64,000 nt of DNA from an uncultured Pseudomonadota bacterium. Lineage in GTDB: Bacteria > Pseudomonadota > Alphaproteobacteria > RF32 > CAG-239. This document shows positions 26,821-37,200 of this stretch, in pieces. The DNA lies in assembly GCA_949295025.1 (NCBI GenBank), contig CASFJK010000009.1, positions 10,038 through 74,037 of the forward strand, written 5' to 3'. Numbering within the stretch: the stretch's first letter is position 1; each line of letters starts with the position of its first letter. The notes beneath the pieces were generated by a model, which saw only the letters and a list, made by a program, of their open reading frames with translations, searched no databases and was not told the origin of the DNA. The translations under genes were made by a program, and so were the position numbers.

Positions 26821-27111
26821 ATGAGAGAAATGATTCTTAAAGCGGTTGCTAATCCTCCCAAGATATTATGGGGTCCATTCTTGCCGGTATTGCTTAACAT
26901 CGGCTTGCAATTTCCTATAATGTTTATGGCTATTGGTGTACTGGACATGAACCCATTGTTCTTTTTGATAAGTATCTTGATTGTGCACTTAATCATTATC
27001 TCATTAGGTTTAAAAGAACCTCATTTGTCTACAATGCTTCAGGCCTATGGACAAAGCTATAAGCCAACGAATAACCTGTATAAATCAAAGGGGATGAAAT
27101 TTGCACCCTAG
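26821..27111 (+). CDS. virB3: VirB3-family T4SS protein
   Basis: 96 aa. ANPPKILWGPFLPVLLNIGL followed by two hydrophobic helices and LKEPHLSTMLQAY, collinear with VirB3/TrbD. Overlaps the virB4 start. Confidence 0.7.
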   Translation: MREMILKAVANPPKILWGPFLPVLLNIGLQFPIMFMAIGVLDMNPLFFLISILIVHLIIISLGLKEPHLSTMLQAYGQSYKPTNNLYKSKGMKFAP

Positions 27112-29533
27112 TACCGATTTTTTTGATATATTTGTTGAGGGACTGTCAAACGTTGAAGTATTTGTCGCCTTTATAGGCTTTATTTCAGCGGCATCTTTTG
27201 CTGGATTTTGGGCAACCAAATTCGGACATTTTATTTTACCTCAACCAAGAGAATCAAGAGTTTCAGACTTTTTACCTTTTAATAAAATGCTGTCTGATGG
27301 AATAACTATCAAATGTTATAACAACTCTTTGGTCAGAGTTTTTAGGGTTGAAGGTATAGATTTGGCTTTTGCTAATGAAGAAAAAGTCATGTCAATGTTG
27401 GAGGCTCGAAAATCTTGGATTGACGGTATGTCTGATATGCAGGTAACATGCCGTGTTATAACCTTGCGAGAAAGAATTCCTCTGGAAGAGGATGTTGGCG
27501 ATTTTGGCAACCAACTCTTGGAGCAGGTATCTCAAGTTTGGGCACATAATATAGACCGTGTTTTTTCAAACTCGCACTACATTATTCTTTCTGTACCAGA
27601 TAGAACCGATGCACTTAAAGACTTGAATTATGCTTCTCAAGCGCTTTTGGCAACATTGAATGATTATGGTATCAAAACCATGTATGAAACACCAGATAGT
27701 CCAGCAACAGATAGTCCTCTATATGTTTTTTCTCGTATCTGCAGTCCGATTTCTAAGCCTGAGCCTAAAGTAAGAAATACCGAAGGTTCAATGTTAAATC
27801 AGATGTTGACGGCAGATCATATCCATTTCACGGGAGAAAATGGGGTTATTAGATTCTTTTCCGGAGATAAAGAGTGTTTTGAAATCACAATGGGAATTCG
27901 TACATCAGGAGACTATATGGATGAGGCTATGATTGCTTCATTGCTTTCCATCGATTGCGAATTAACTTTGTTGCATAATATCAAGCCAATTTTCAGAGCT
28001 CAGGCACGAGCTTTGTTGATGCAACAACAAAAAATGGCTGGAATTACAAGCTTTTCATCAGAAGTCGTAGATCAATATAGTGTTGCCTTATCCTCAATTG
28101 AAGATAGTGATGCAAACTATCAAGCTCTTACAGAATATTCTATGTCCATCATCATTAGAGGAGAGAGCATCGATGAGGTGGAATTTGGCGAGAGTGAAGT
28201 ACAAAGAATATGCCGTTTATTCAGTGTAACCCCCGTTAGAGAGGGGTGGGTGTGCGAAGCAACATTCTTCAATCAATTTCCAACTTATGATACCTATCCG
28301 CGGACATATCGCTATTTGTCAAGAGTTGTAGCTACGGCAGTTTGCTTTGATAAACCTTCAGAAGGTTTTGGAAAATCTGACTGGGGTAAAGGAGCAATTA
28401 GTGTTTTCCGCACGACTTCAGGTTCGCCATACCGTTTCCAATTCCATGTGTCGTCAGAAGAAGCCGCTGTTGCGCACTGTTGCATTATTGGTCCGACAGG
28501 ACAAGGTAAAACAACTTTGCTGACTTTCTTAGCCGGACAAGCTATGCGTCACCATGATTTGAAAGTCTTTTTCTTTGATAGACACCGCGGTGCTGAAATC
28601 TTTACCCGTTCAATCGGTGGTGCATATATTGGTTTTGATGGAGATGAGAAAAACGTTTCATTAAACCCGTTTGATTGTGAGAATATACCAACAAACCGTG
28701 CTTTTTTGCGTCGTTGGTTGAAGTCTATTACAATGGTAGATGATGCTATGTCTGAAAAAGAAATAGCTCGCGCGGTTACCACTGCCTTTGACTATTTGCG
28801 TCCGGAAGAAAGAATAATGAAAAACTTATATAAAAGCTGTTTTTCACCTACCGGAAATATGCGTCGTGAATTGTTTAAATGGGTCAATCCGGACCAATAT
28901 GGTAATATTTTTAATGCGGATACCGATAGTTTGGATTTAAGTAGCAAACGTTTTATGGCTTTTGACTTTACTCATATTTTTGAAGATGAGACACTTGCTC
29001 CGGCTGTTATCAGTTATATCATGCATCGTATTATGTCAGAAACCGGTGATGCAGGTATTCCTGCCTTGATTATGATTGATGAAACGGCGCCAATGCTTAA
29101 GCACCCAATGTTTAGAGACTATTTTATCATTGGTTTGCAAGAAGGTCGTAAAAAACGTCAGGCATATCTTTGTGCTTTCCAACAGCCAAGTATTATCGAT
29201 AAATTAGGTGTTGGAGAAGTAATTCGCGGTCAGTGCCAAACGGTATTGTTCTTCCGTAACCCGCAAGCGCAGCTAGAAGATTATGCAAACTGGAATTTAA
29301 CTCAAAGTGAATTAGACTTTATTTTTGGTAGAAGTTATAGAGACTTCCCTTATGCTATTTTGCTTTCTCGTCCTGCGACAGGTGAGTCGGTTATTTTGGA
29401 TGTTGATTTAAGTGGCTTAGGTGTTTACTTGAAGTTATATAATTCCGGAAGAAAGAATGTTTTGTTGGTAGAAGAACTGATTAAAGAATATGGTGAAGAC
29501 AACTTTGTTACAAAATATTTAAATATTGCGTAA
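27101..29533 (+). CDS. virB4: VirB4-family T4SS ATPase
   Basis: 810 aa; TTG start with AAGGGGA RBS. IIGPTGQGKTTLL (Walker A), ALIMIDETAPML (Walker B); size and position are typical of VirB4/TrbE/CagE. Confidence 0.9.
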   Translation: MHPSTDFFDIFVEGLSNVEVFVAFIGFISAASFAGFWATKFGHFILPQPRESRVSDFLPFNKMLSDGITIKCYNNSLVRVFRVEGIDLAFANEEKVMSMLEARKSWIDGMSDMQVTCRVITLRERIPLEEDVGDFGNQLLEQVSQVWAHNIDRVFSNSHYIILSVPDRTDALKDLNYASQALLATLNDYGIKTMYETPDSPATDSPLYVFSRICSPISKPEPKVRNTEGSMLNQMLTADHIHFTGENGVIRFFSGDKECFEITMGIRTSGDYMDEAMIASLLSIDCELTLLHNIKPIFRAQARALLMQQQKMAGITSFSSEVVDQYSVALSSIEDSDANYQALTEYSMSIIIRGESIDEVEFGESEVQRICRLFSVTPVREGWVCEATFFNQFPTYDTYPRTYRYLSRVVATAVCFDKPSEGFGKSDWGKGAISVFRTTSGSPYRFQFHVSSEEAAVAHCCIIGPTGQGKTTLLTFLAGQAMRHHDLKVFFFDRHRGAEIFTRSIGGAYIGFDGDEKNVSLNPFDCENIPTNRAFLRRWLKSITMVDDAMSEKEIARAVTTAFDYLRPEERIMKNLYKSCFSPTGNMRRELFKWVNPDQYGNIFNADTDSLDLSSKRFMAFDFTHIFEDETLAPAVISYIMHRIMSETGDAGIPALIMIDETAPMLKHPMFRDYFIIGLQEGRKKRQAYLCAFQQPSIIDKLGVGEVIRGQCQTVLFFRNPQAQLEDYANWNLTQSELDFIFGRSYRDFPYAILLSRPATGESVILDVDLSGLGVYLKLYNSGRKNVLLVEELIKEYGEDNFVTKYLNIA

Positions 29534-29611
29534 GAATAACGATTTAAGTTTAATTAAAACGATTTTTTTGATATACTGAAATTATATCAAATTATTAGTT
29601 GGAGGTGGAAT

Positions 29612-30541
29612 ATGAAAAGTTTTCATAAAATATGTATTGCACTATTGATGAGTGTTTTAATGTTGTCAGCCACTCCCCAACAAACCCATGCCTTTGGTAT
29701 CCCCGCCATTGATATTCAAGCGTTAGTTCAAGCTGTTAAAAGAGCAGTAACTGACGTTCAAAATTCTACCCAATTAGCTTGGGCAACCAAAACAGCAAAA
29801 AACATTCAAGGCGCATTAGGTAAATTTAATGAAGCTATGAATGGTTTTATTAAGAAAAATATTACAGATCGCTTTGCTAAGCTGCAAGAAGCAAAAGAAA
29901 AGTATGAAAAGAAATTAGAAGCAGCCAAAAACAATAAGTGGGTTAAAAAAGGTATGGAAACATATAATAAGGTAAAAGATGGTGCAGAACTTGCTAAAAA
30001 AGGAAAAGACCTTATCAATCGAGCTAAAGACCTCAAAAAACAAGGAGACCAACTCATAAAAGATGCTGAAAACTCAGTTCAACAAGGTAAAAATATGTTG
30101 AAAGAAGTTGAAAATATAAAGAAACAGGCCGAAGACACTATTGAAAATGCTAAGAAGTATGCTAAAGAAGGCCCTCAGTTGTTGCAGCAAGGTAAAGATT
30201 TACTAGGTGAGGCAAATGATTTAATTGCTCAAAGTAAAAATGTTGCCAGCCTCAAAGGAGCTGAAGAAGCAGAAAAACTGGCCAAACAAGCAGAGGCCAA
30301 AAAACAAGAAGCAGAACAGTTAATGCAACAAGGTCAACAATGGATTGAGGATGCAGATAAGCTTACAAAACAAGCAGAAAATTTACAAAATAGAGTCACG
30401 CAATTAACACAAGAAGCCAATTCTTTGATAAATAAAGGTGATGAATATAAGAAAAGGGCAGAAGGATTATATAGTCAAGCTGAAAGCCTGATGAAAGAGG
30501 GCGAAAAATATATGCAAGAAGTTGGTGAATTTGTTTCATAA
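29612..30541 (+). CDS. Secreted coiled-coil protein with TrbJ/VirB5-like N-terminus
   Basis: Signal peptide ...ATPQQTHA/FG, then FGIPAIDIQALVQAVKRAVTDVQNSTQL, which resembles the GIPV(I/F)D..N..Q motif of TrbJ/VirB5. The rest is a K/E/Q-rich helical repeat (KGKDLINRAKDLKKQGDQLIKDAEN; QGKDLLGEANDLIAQSKN). Confidence 0.35.
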   Translation: MKSFHKICIALLMSVLMLSATPQQTHAFGIPAIDIQALVQAVKRAVTDVQNSTQLAWATKTAKNIQGALGKFNEAMNGFIKKNITDRFAKLQEAKEKYEKKLEAAKNNKWVKKGMETYNKVKDGAELAKKGKDLINRAKDLKKQGDQLIKDAENSVQQGKNMLKEVENIKKQAEDTIENAKKYAKEGPQLLQQGKDLLGEANDLIAQSKNVASLKGAEEAEKLAKQAEAKKQEAEQLMQQGQQWIEDADKLTKQAENLQNRVTQLTQEANSLINKGDEYKKRAEGLYSQAESLMKEGEKYMQEVGEFVS

Positions 30542-30561
30542 ACAAGAGAAAAGGTGAAAAC

Positions 30562-31599
30562 ATGACAAGAACAAGCAAATTTTTACATGATATTATACAA
30601 GCAAGTCTCAAAGGTGTTTTACTTACTTCTCTGATGGTTGGTATTGCGCAAGCTGAAACCTTTGAAGAAGTGTTGGCTAAAGCAAACAAAACAGAAGCAG
30701 ACATCAATAAAATGACTGACCGTCAAAAAGAAATCTCTCAAAGATTGTCTGACATTGAAACAAAATATCAAAAGGAACTTGCATTACCTAAAGCAGAAGG
30801 AGTTGAAGCTTATGATGCTAAGATTGCGGCTGCTAAAGCTCAAAAGGCCAAAAATGCAGATGAAAAAGATAATGTTACAGAAAAAACATCTTCAGAAGAT
30901 AGCAAAAAAACTGTAAATAAAACAGAGACAACTCCAAAAGAAGAGAATTCATCAAACAAAAAAACAGTAGACTATCCATGGCAAAGATCTCCACGCTACG
31001 TCGCTCCTCAAAAAACATCTAAAGGAAGACGTCCGTTTACACGCAGCGATAATGAATATACTAATCAAAAAATATATTTTGCGAGCCGAAAAAACAGTGA
31101 AGTTATATCTTTTGCCAAAGAAGAATCTGTTCAGGCATATACCGGAACAACTACTGAGAATGTTTTTATCTTTTCTGATAATTTAGCTAACTATTGTAAA
31201 TTTGATACTCAAAGTTTGGATAAAATGCAAGACTGTCTGAATCAACTGATAAAAGAGCGTTCATCAGGTTCTCAGGGAATGACACAGCAAATAAATGAAC
31301 TTTATCAAGAATCTTTAATTGATTCGACAGCGCATGCCATTGCTGATGCTGCGCGTTTTAAAAATGATTCTTCAGGCTATGAAAAAAATGTTTTGCTTCC
31401 TTTACAAGAAAAATCATCTCAAGCAACAGATGAAAGAGGAGATATTGAAGTAATTACTCTGGCTGAGATGGAAGCAATAAAATTGCAAAATAAAGTAATG
31501 CAGTTATATGCAACACAGCTAGGTCTGGATGCTTTCAGAGATTATGGAACCTTTGAAGTAAACAATAGAGATTTAACAGATATTGATAATAAGGGATAA
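30562..31599 (+). CDS. Secreted T4SS-operon protein of unknown function
   Basis: 345 aa; hydrophobic N-terminus LLTSLMVGIAQA/ET, coiled-coil and K/T/E-rich segments. No recognisable family. Confidence 0.3.
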   Translation: MTRTSKFLHDIIQASLKGVLLTSLMVGIAQAETFEEVLAKANKTEADINKMTDRQKEISQRLSDIETKYQKELALPKAEGVEAYDAKIAAAKAQKAKNADEKDNVTEKTSSEDSKKTVNKTETTPKEENSSNKKTVDYPWQRSPRYVAPQKTSKGRRPFTRSDNEYTNQKIYFASRKNSEVISFAKEESVQAYTGTTTENVFIFSDNLANYCKFDTQSLDKMQDCLNQLIKERSSGSQGMTQQINELYQESLIDSTAHAIADAARFKNDSSGYEKNVLLPLQEKSSQATDERGDIEVITLAEMEAIKLQNKVMQLYATQLGLDAFRDYGTFEVNNRDLTDIDNKG

Positions 31600-31615
31600 A
31601 GTAAGGGAGAAGAAA

Positions 31616-32338
31616 ATGAAGACCCCCTTAAAAATAATAGCAATAATATTTGTCGGAAGTTTATTTGCTTCCGCAGCCAATGCTTTTTTCCCGTTTCCAG
31701 TCCCTTTGTTCGGTGTCGATTTAGGTAATAATGCTGCTGATATAGGCGAAAATTTAAATGCAATCGGCGAAAAAGCGGAACAGGCTCAAGCAACCATACA
31801 AAAAACAGTTGAAGAAGTAAAATCAGGTAGTTTTGGTTTTAATGCGATTAAAAGTTATACAGAAACGTTACAGAAAATAAATTTATCTCGAGCAATTCCT
31901 AAAATCCAGTTACCTTCAGGTTTATCTAAAAATGTAAATGATGGAGATCAAACCTCTGCTGCAGTTGAGAATGTATATTTAAATACATATTCTGAAGAAG
32001 GTAACCATATGGAACAAGCCAAAAAGAATAGGCAGAAACAGACAGAATTGTTACAAATGAATGTTGCTGCTATGTACGCGCATGCTTTAGCCACCCGTGT
32101 TAATTTAGCTAAACAAAGAGATTTACCTGAAACCACATTAGATAGCAAAGATACTCGAGAAATTTTACAGAGCAACCGAGCAATGTCAGAACAAATATTA
32201 AAACGTTGGAACGATATATTGTTTATGGAAGCTCAAATTGTAGAATATGAAGCAACACAAATGTTGACCAAAATTACATTAGATTCCGAAACGGCTGCAG
32301 AAAGAAAAGAAGCATCCTCACAAGGAGAAAATAAATGA
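31616..32338 (+). CDS. Secreted T4SS-operon protein of unknown function (possible VirB5-like paralog)
   Basis: ORF 31583..32338; AGGGAGA RBS precedes ATG 31616. Signal peptide MKTPLKIIAIIFVGSLFASAANA; helical; C-terminal helix ILFMEAQIVEYEATQMLTK. Confidence 0.3.
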   Translation: MKTPLKIIAIIFVGSLFASAANAFFPFPVPLFGVDLGNNAADIGENLNAIGEKAEQAQATIQKTVEEVKSGSFGFNAIKSYTETLQKINLSRAIPKIQLPSGLSKNVNDGDQTSAAVENVYLNTYSEEGNHMEQAKKNRQKQTELLQMNVAAMYAHALATRVNLAKQRDLPETTLDSKDTREILQSNRAMSEQILKRWNDILFMEAQIVEYEATQMLTKITLDSETAAERKEASSQGENK

Positions 32339-33504
32339 AAAAGATTTTTTACATAAGTATTTTAAGCTTTTTCATAGTTGTGGGATATAGCTCCACAGCT
32401 TCTGCATGGCTAATTATGAAACTTTCCAATATGGCAGAAGATGTTACCACAACGGTAACTAAAATTGGAAAAAAAGCCCAGAATGCATTGGATCAAGCTG
32501 GAAACTTAACTATTGTTCAAAAAATAGGTAAAGGTTTTAAAGAAGCCAGAGCGTGGATTGATAGTAATGTCAGTAAACTAAAATCCTTTGCAGATGAAGT
32601 GCAAGATGATGTAGATGCTTATAAAAAAATGTATGAAGATACAAAGAAAATTTATGATGAAAATTTGGGCAATTATACAAAAATTTTAGATGATGTGAAA
32701 AAGTTAGAGCAATCTCGCCAGGAAATTGAATTAAAAATCAAAGAAGTAGAGACTTCGTTCAAAGAGCAAGTTGCAGCTGAAAAATCTACCATTTCAGGAC
32801 AAATAGCCGCTTGTAATGAGAATATGGAAAATCTAAAACAACTGATGAAAGACAACTCTCTTAATAAAGAAGCTTATGAAGCTGAATATAATCAATGGAA
32901 AGAAAAGCAAGAAAATTTAACGGCACAAATAGATGATTTGGATAAAGTTGCACAACAAGAACTAGATTCAATGTTATCTACCTATAAAAGCGAATTATCT
33001 AATTTAACGTCCCAGATTAGCCAATTAAAATCGGATTTAAGTCAATTAGCTGGTTTTTCAGAAGATGACGTAAGCGATGAAGATGCCTTGCTTAATACAG
33101 CAAATCTATATTTCTTGCAATATGATGAGGATTTGAGTCCAAAGCGCCAAGAGGCAATCAGATATAACCGATTGAAAGAGCGTCGCAACAGTATTATTAC
33201 CGGCTATTCTAAAGCTGTAGAACAAATTCCTGATGTGGTGACCAAAGATAATGAAACGGAAGATTTAGGTTATAATGCTTCAACGTTTGATACAACAGCG
33301 GGAGCATGGGGTGCAGCTGCGCAATTGCAGATTAATAAGTTAAAGGGCCTGAGCTCATTTGCTCATTTATTGGTTTATGACTTAAAACGCCAAACAGCAG
33401 TAGCCATGTCTAATTTAACTTTTTATAAGTTGCAGAAAGAACAGAAAAATATTGCAGAATTTAATATGGATGATTACGTCTATAAAAAGAAGGGAGATAA
33501 ATAA
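32335..33504 (+). CDS. Secreted coiled-coil T4SS-operon protein of unknown function
   Basis: 389 aa; ATGA overlap with the upstream gene. Signal peptide ...GYSSTASA; long E/K/Q/L coiled coil. Confidence 0.3.
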   Translation: MKKIFYISILSFFIVVGYSSTASAWLIMKLSNMAEDVTTTVTKIGKKAQNALDQAGNLTIVQKIGKGFKEARAWIDSNVSKLKSFADEVQDDVDAYKKMYEDTKKIYDENLGNYTKILDDVKKLEQSRQEIELKIKEVETSFKEQVAAEKSTISGQIAACNENMENLKQLMKDNSLNKEAYEAEYNQWKEKQENLTAQIDDLDKVAQQELDSMLSTYKSELSNLTSQISQLKSDLSQLAGFSEDDVSDEDALLNTANLYFLQYDEDLSPKRQEAIRYNRLKERRNSIITGYSKAVEQIPDVVTKDNETEDLGYNASTFDTTAGAWGAAAQLQINKLKGLSSFAHLLVYDLKRQTAVAMSNLTFYKLQKEQKNIAEFNMDDYVYKKKGDK

Positions 33505-33505
33505 A

Positions 33506-34207
33506 ATGAAAAATTTATATTTGAAAATATTTATCTTCTTTGCAGTGTTTTTTTCTTTGACGATATTGCCTTTGAAAAACGATGCAATGGCACTGTTTGA
33601 TCCGGGAAGCTTGGCGACACAAGTTCCGAATACGGTTGCGTCTGTAGCAAACAAGGTGACAACTTATGCAAACAAAGCCATAAAGGCCACATTGCAAGTT
33701 TATAAGTCTATTGAAGATTTCTTCAAAAAGTTGTTTAGCCGAAAGAATTCGAAAATTCCCGGAACCAAAGTAATTAAAGAAAGTAAGATTGTTGACGTTA
33801 ACAATGAAGAAGATATTCGTAAAGTATTTCCAACATTGTTCTTCCGTTATCCGTCAAATGATCCTGATGAACAGTTGGCCTACAAACGTGAAGGACAAGA
33901 ATTTTTTGAAGATACAATGATAGAAGCCTTTACCGCCGTAAGAGAATTGGAAAAGAAGCTTATTCAGATTGATACACAAATTGTAACGGCTGAAACAGAA
34001 TATACAAAAGCTGATGATATGAATGGTGGTTTATACAATCGCTATATGATTTCAGCCACAACAGACCAGTTGTTGATGGTTGTGCAAGAACTGGTTGCAA
34101 TCAAATCTCAAATGACGGCAGCATACGCAGTCAATGGAGAAGTTGAACCTTTGTATCTAAATACTGAGGAAAATAATATTATTTGGGAGAAGAGGTATGA
34201 TGAATAA
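33506..34207 (+). CDS. Secreted T4SS-operon protein of unknown function (possible VirB5-like paralog)
   Basis: ORF 33452..34207; AAGGGAG RBS precedes ATG 33506. Signal peptide MKNLYLKIFIFFAVFFSLTILPLKNDAMA; ALFDPGSLATQVPNTVASVANKV N-terminus; C-terminal helix LLMVVQELVAIKSQMTAAYAV. Confidence 0.3.
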   Translation: MKNLYLKIFIFFAVFFSLTILPLKNDAMALFDPGSLATQVPNTVASVANKVTTYANKAIKATLQVYKSIEDFFKKLFSRKNSKIPGTKVIKESKIVDVNNEEDIRKVFPTLFFRYPSNDPDEQLAYKREGQEFFEDTMIEAFTAVRELEKKLIQIDTQIVTAETEYTKADDMNGGLYNRYMISATTDQLLMVVQELVAIKSQMTAAYAVNGEVEPLYLNTEENNIIWEKRYDE

Positions 34208-37200
34208 AAAAGAAATTAAGACAGCTTTTGCAATAAGCTTGTTGTTTTCTGGAGCGATTTCATATCAAGTGAATGCTCAAGAAACTTATTCTCCTTTTTA
34301 TATAGAGGGGACCTCAACCCAAACACAAACAGAGACAAATTCTTCATCACAAAACAATATGCGTGTGGATAGTGTTTTAGATATTGAAGATGCCGTAATC
34401 TCAGAAGAAACACATCCTTTTTCGGGTTCAGAAGAACAGATGAATGAGTTGGAAAAGTTAGAACCGATAACCAATAATTTAAAAGCAGCGGTAGATGCAC
34501 ATAACCTAATTAATCGTTTACGTGGTTATAAAAATATTCAAAAACAATATAATAATACGGTTAAATTGCATGATCGTTCGGTCGAATTGTTAAAAGATTC
34601 AGAACAATGTACGATTAATTATATGGGAAGATATTTTCAAGATCCGGTTAAAGTATGGTCAGGAAAAGATATGTCGGAAATGCCTCAAAATCATGATTTA
34701 AGACAAGGGCTTTCAGCTTGGGCTATAGCTTTATATGAAACAGCAAAATCATCAGAGGTTTCCCCGATAGATATTGATGATGTTGTAAGTGTCGATTTGC
34801 AAACAAATGAAACAGTTGATGAAGATGGCAACATTTTGAATGTAGAAACATCACTGAGCAGCAGCACGAGTACGGTTGGTGTAAATGTTGATACTAGCGA
34901 AAATGTAACAGATTTGGAAACACTTCACACAAGTAGTGAAAGTGAAATTAATGATCTACAAGAACAAACAGGTGGAAACTATTTTCAAGAGCCAAGTCGT
35001 CAAGAAGAATTAGAAGCTGAAGATAGAAAAACAGATTTAATAAGTAAAGATATTGGTTCGGAAGTAGCTGTATGGATGGCAGATTATTTAGCCGGACAAA
35101 GCACATCATCAGGGCCAAGTTGGAGTAGTACTAATTTAGGTGGTGTCAAAAAACGTTTTCCTGTATGGACAGACCAGAAAACATTTTTTGGACAGTATTT
35201 AATTCGCAAATATAAAAATATTAAAAACTATATCAAAAATTATACAATTCCAGAAGAGGTTCGTCAAAGAATTGCGGATACGGTTTTTGACAGACAAAAG
35301 CAATATATGAATCAAGCTGAAGCGCAGATTACGCAGGCTGCCGTAGATGCTCGTTTAACAGCCAAAAGTATAGCCGATGAAAAAAAATCTGAAGCTAGAA
35401 AAGACTATGAGACTAAAGTTGCTGAGATAGAAAATGAAAGAGAAATAACAGTAGAAGAATTAAAACAAGATTTGGCCGCAAAAGTATCTGCTTTTGATAG
35501 TGAAATAGATGCCGCAAATCAAAAACGCGATCAGTATATGACACAAATCAGTGAGATAAATTCAAACAACAGCCAATTATCTCAAGACGTTAATGATCTC
35601 AAGCAAGAAATTGCAAATTATGATTTCTTGTTGTCAGACACATCTTTAACAGAAGAGCAGAAAAGCGAATATAATGAGATGAAGTCTGACATAAATGCAG
35701 AAATCAATACAATTCAAAATAAAATTAATTTACAAATAAATGAAAGAGATAATCTGCAAAAATTATATGATGAGCAAACAGGTATTGTGAATAAGAAAAA
35801 ACAAGAAAAAGCAGATTATGAAGGCAAAATTCAAACCAAGATTGGTGAAGCAAATGATAAAGCTGCACAAGAAAAGCAAGTTGCTCTCAATGAGTACAAT
35901 GTTAAGGTTGCTGCAATAGAAGATGAGCTAAAAGACAAAAATGCAAAAATTGATGCCGCAGAAATTGCCGCCAAAGCTGCAATTGGAAGCAAATCTTTAA
36001 TCACGGCTCAACAAATAGTTGGTCAGGCGGACTTAGTTATAGAAGATGCCAGAGAAGTTGCTTATACCAATGTTGATAAAACTTTAACAGCTCTTCAAGC
36101 ATTAGGAGATGATCTTTACAGAGGTCAATCTCAACCAACTGTTGCAGCTTATCACCAAGCTTTAATTGATAGCTTAAACGGTGAAGAATCTCAAATCGGA
36201 GGAGTGAAATTAGAGGCAGCAACGGCCAAGGTTCATGATTTGACAAACTTCAACGTAGATATTGTAATTAGCCCTCATATGGATGCACAAATGAGAGAGC
36301 TCTATTTGAATAATTATCGTGATGCTGTAAAAAACACTCAAATCATATTAAGTATTCCGATGTTTGATAAAATGTTGGAAGGCGTGAATACCGGTGTAGA
36401 TACGCAGTATTTTGTCGGTTCTCAACCAAAGAAAGAAGATTTTTCAGCACCAAAAACTTTACCAGATTATAATCTTCCTCCGGTTAGAGAATATGTCCGT
36501 TTAGATTATATTGATTTACAAAATATTGGCAAAGATAATCCTAAGATGGAGGTTGGACATTACAAAACACACGTACTTCCTAATGGGGCGAGCATAAAAA
36601 TTTGGGAAAAGACAGAAAGTTTGCCTATATCTATTGTGGATAAAGATAAATTCCTGGATTATGGTGGAAGAATACCTGAAATTTGGAAATTGATGCTCAA
36701 AGACAAAGCCTTTGTAGATAGTGATTTTTATTTAACACCAGACATGAATCCAGAGCCTGAAGAAGATACACCGGCAGAGTATAATCCGTTACAATTAGGT
36801 GGAGAAATGTCTACATTATACCGAGGCGGAATATATCCTTGTATCATGAAAAATATCCAAGGAGAAAGTGGTACGTGTAATGCCAGTGGTGTTATTGATA
36901 ATGGTACAGGTATTGTTGATGTAGCCATAATTGATAAAGGTAAAACTAATTCTAATGAATATTTCATGGGATTAGGCTTTGTTGATGGTGAGAGAAGAAC
37001 AGCGCTTCTGAGCCAAAACCTGCCAATTTGCCAAGAAGTTTCTGCAAAATGTAAAAAAAGTGTAGGTTTTTCATCGGGAAGTTTGGGGCTTGTATCAAAA
37101 CCATATTTAACCTTGTTGAATAAGGAAGATGAAGTTGGTAGTAGTTCAGGTTCTTTCGTCGCTGAAGGCGAAGCCAGCGAATTAGGTAGCATCATCAATG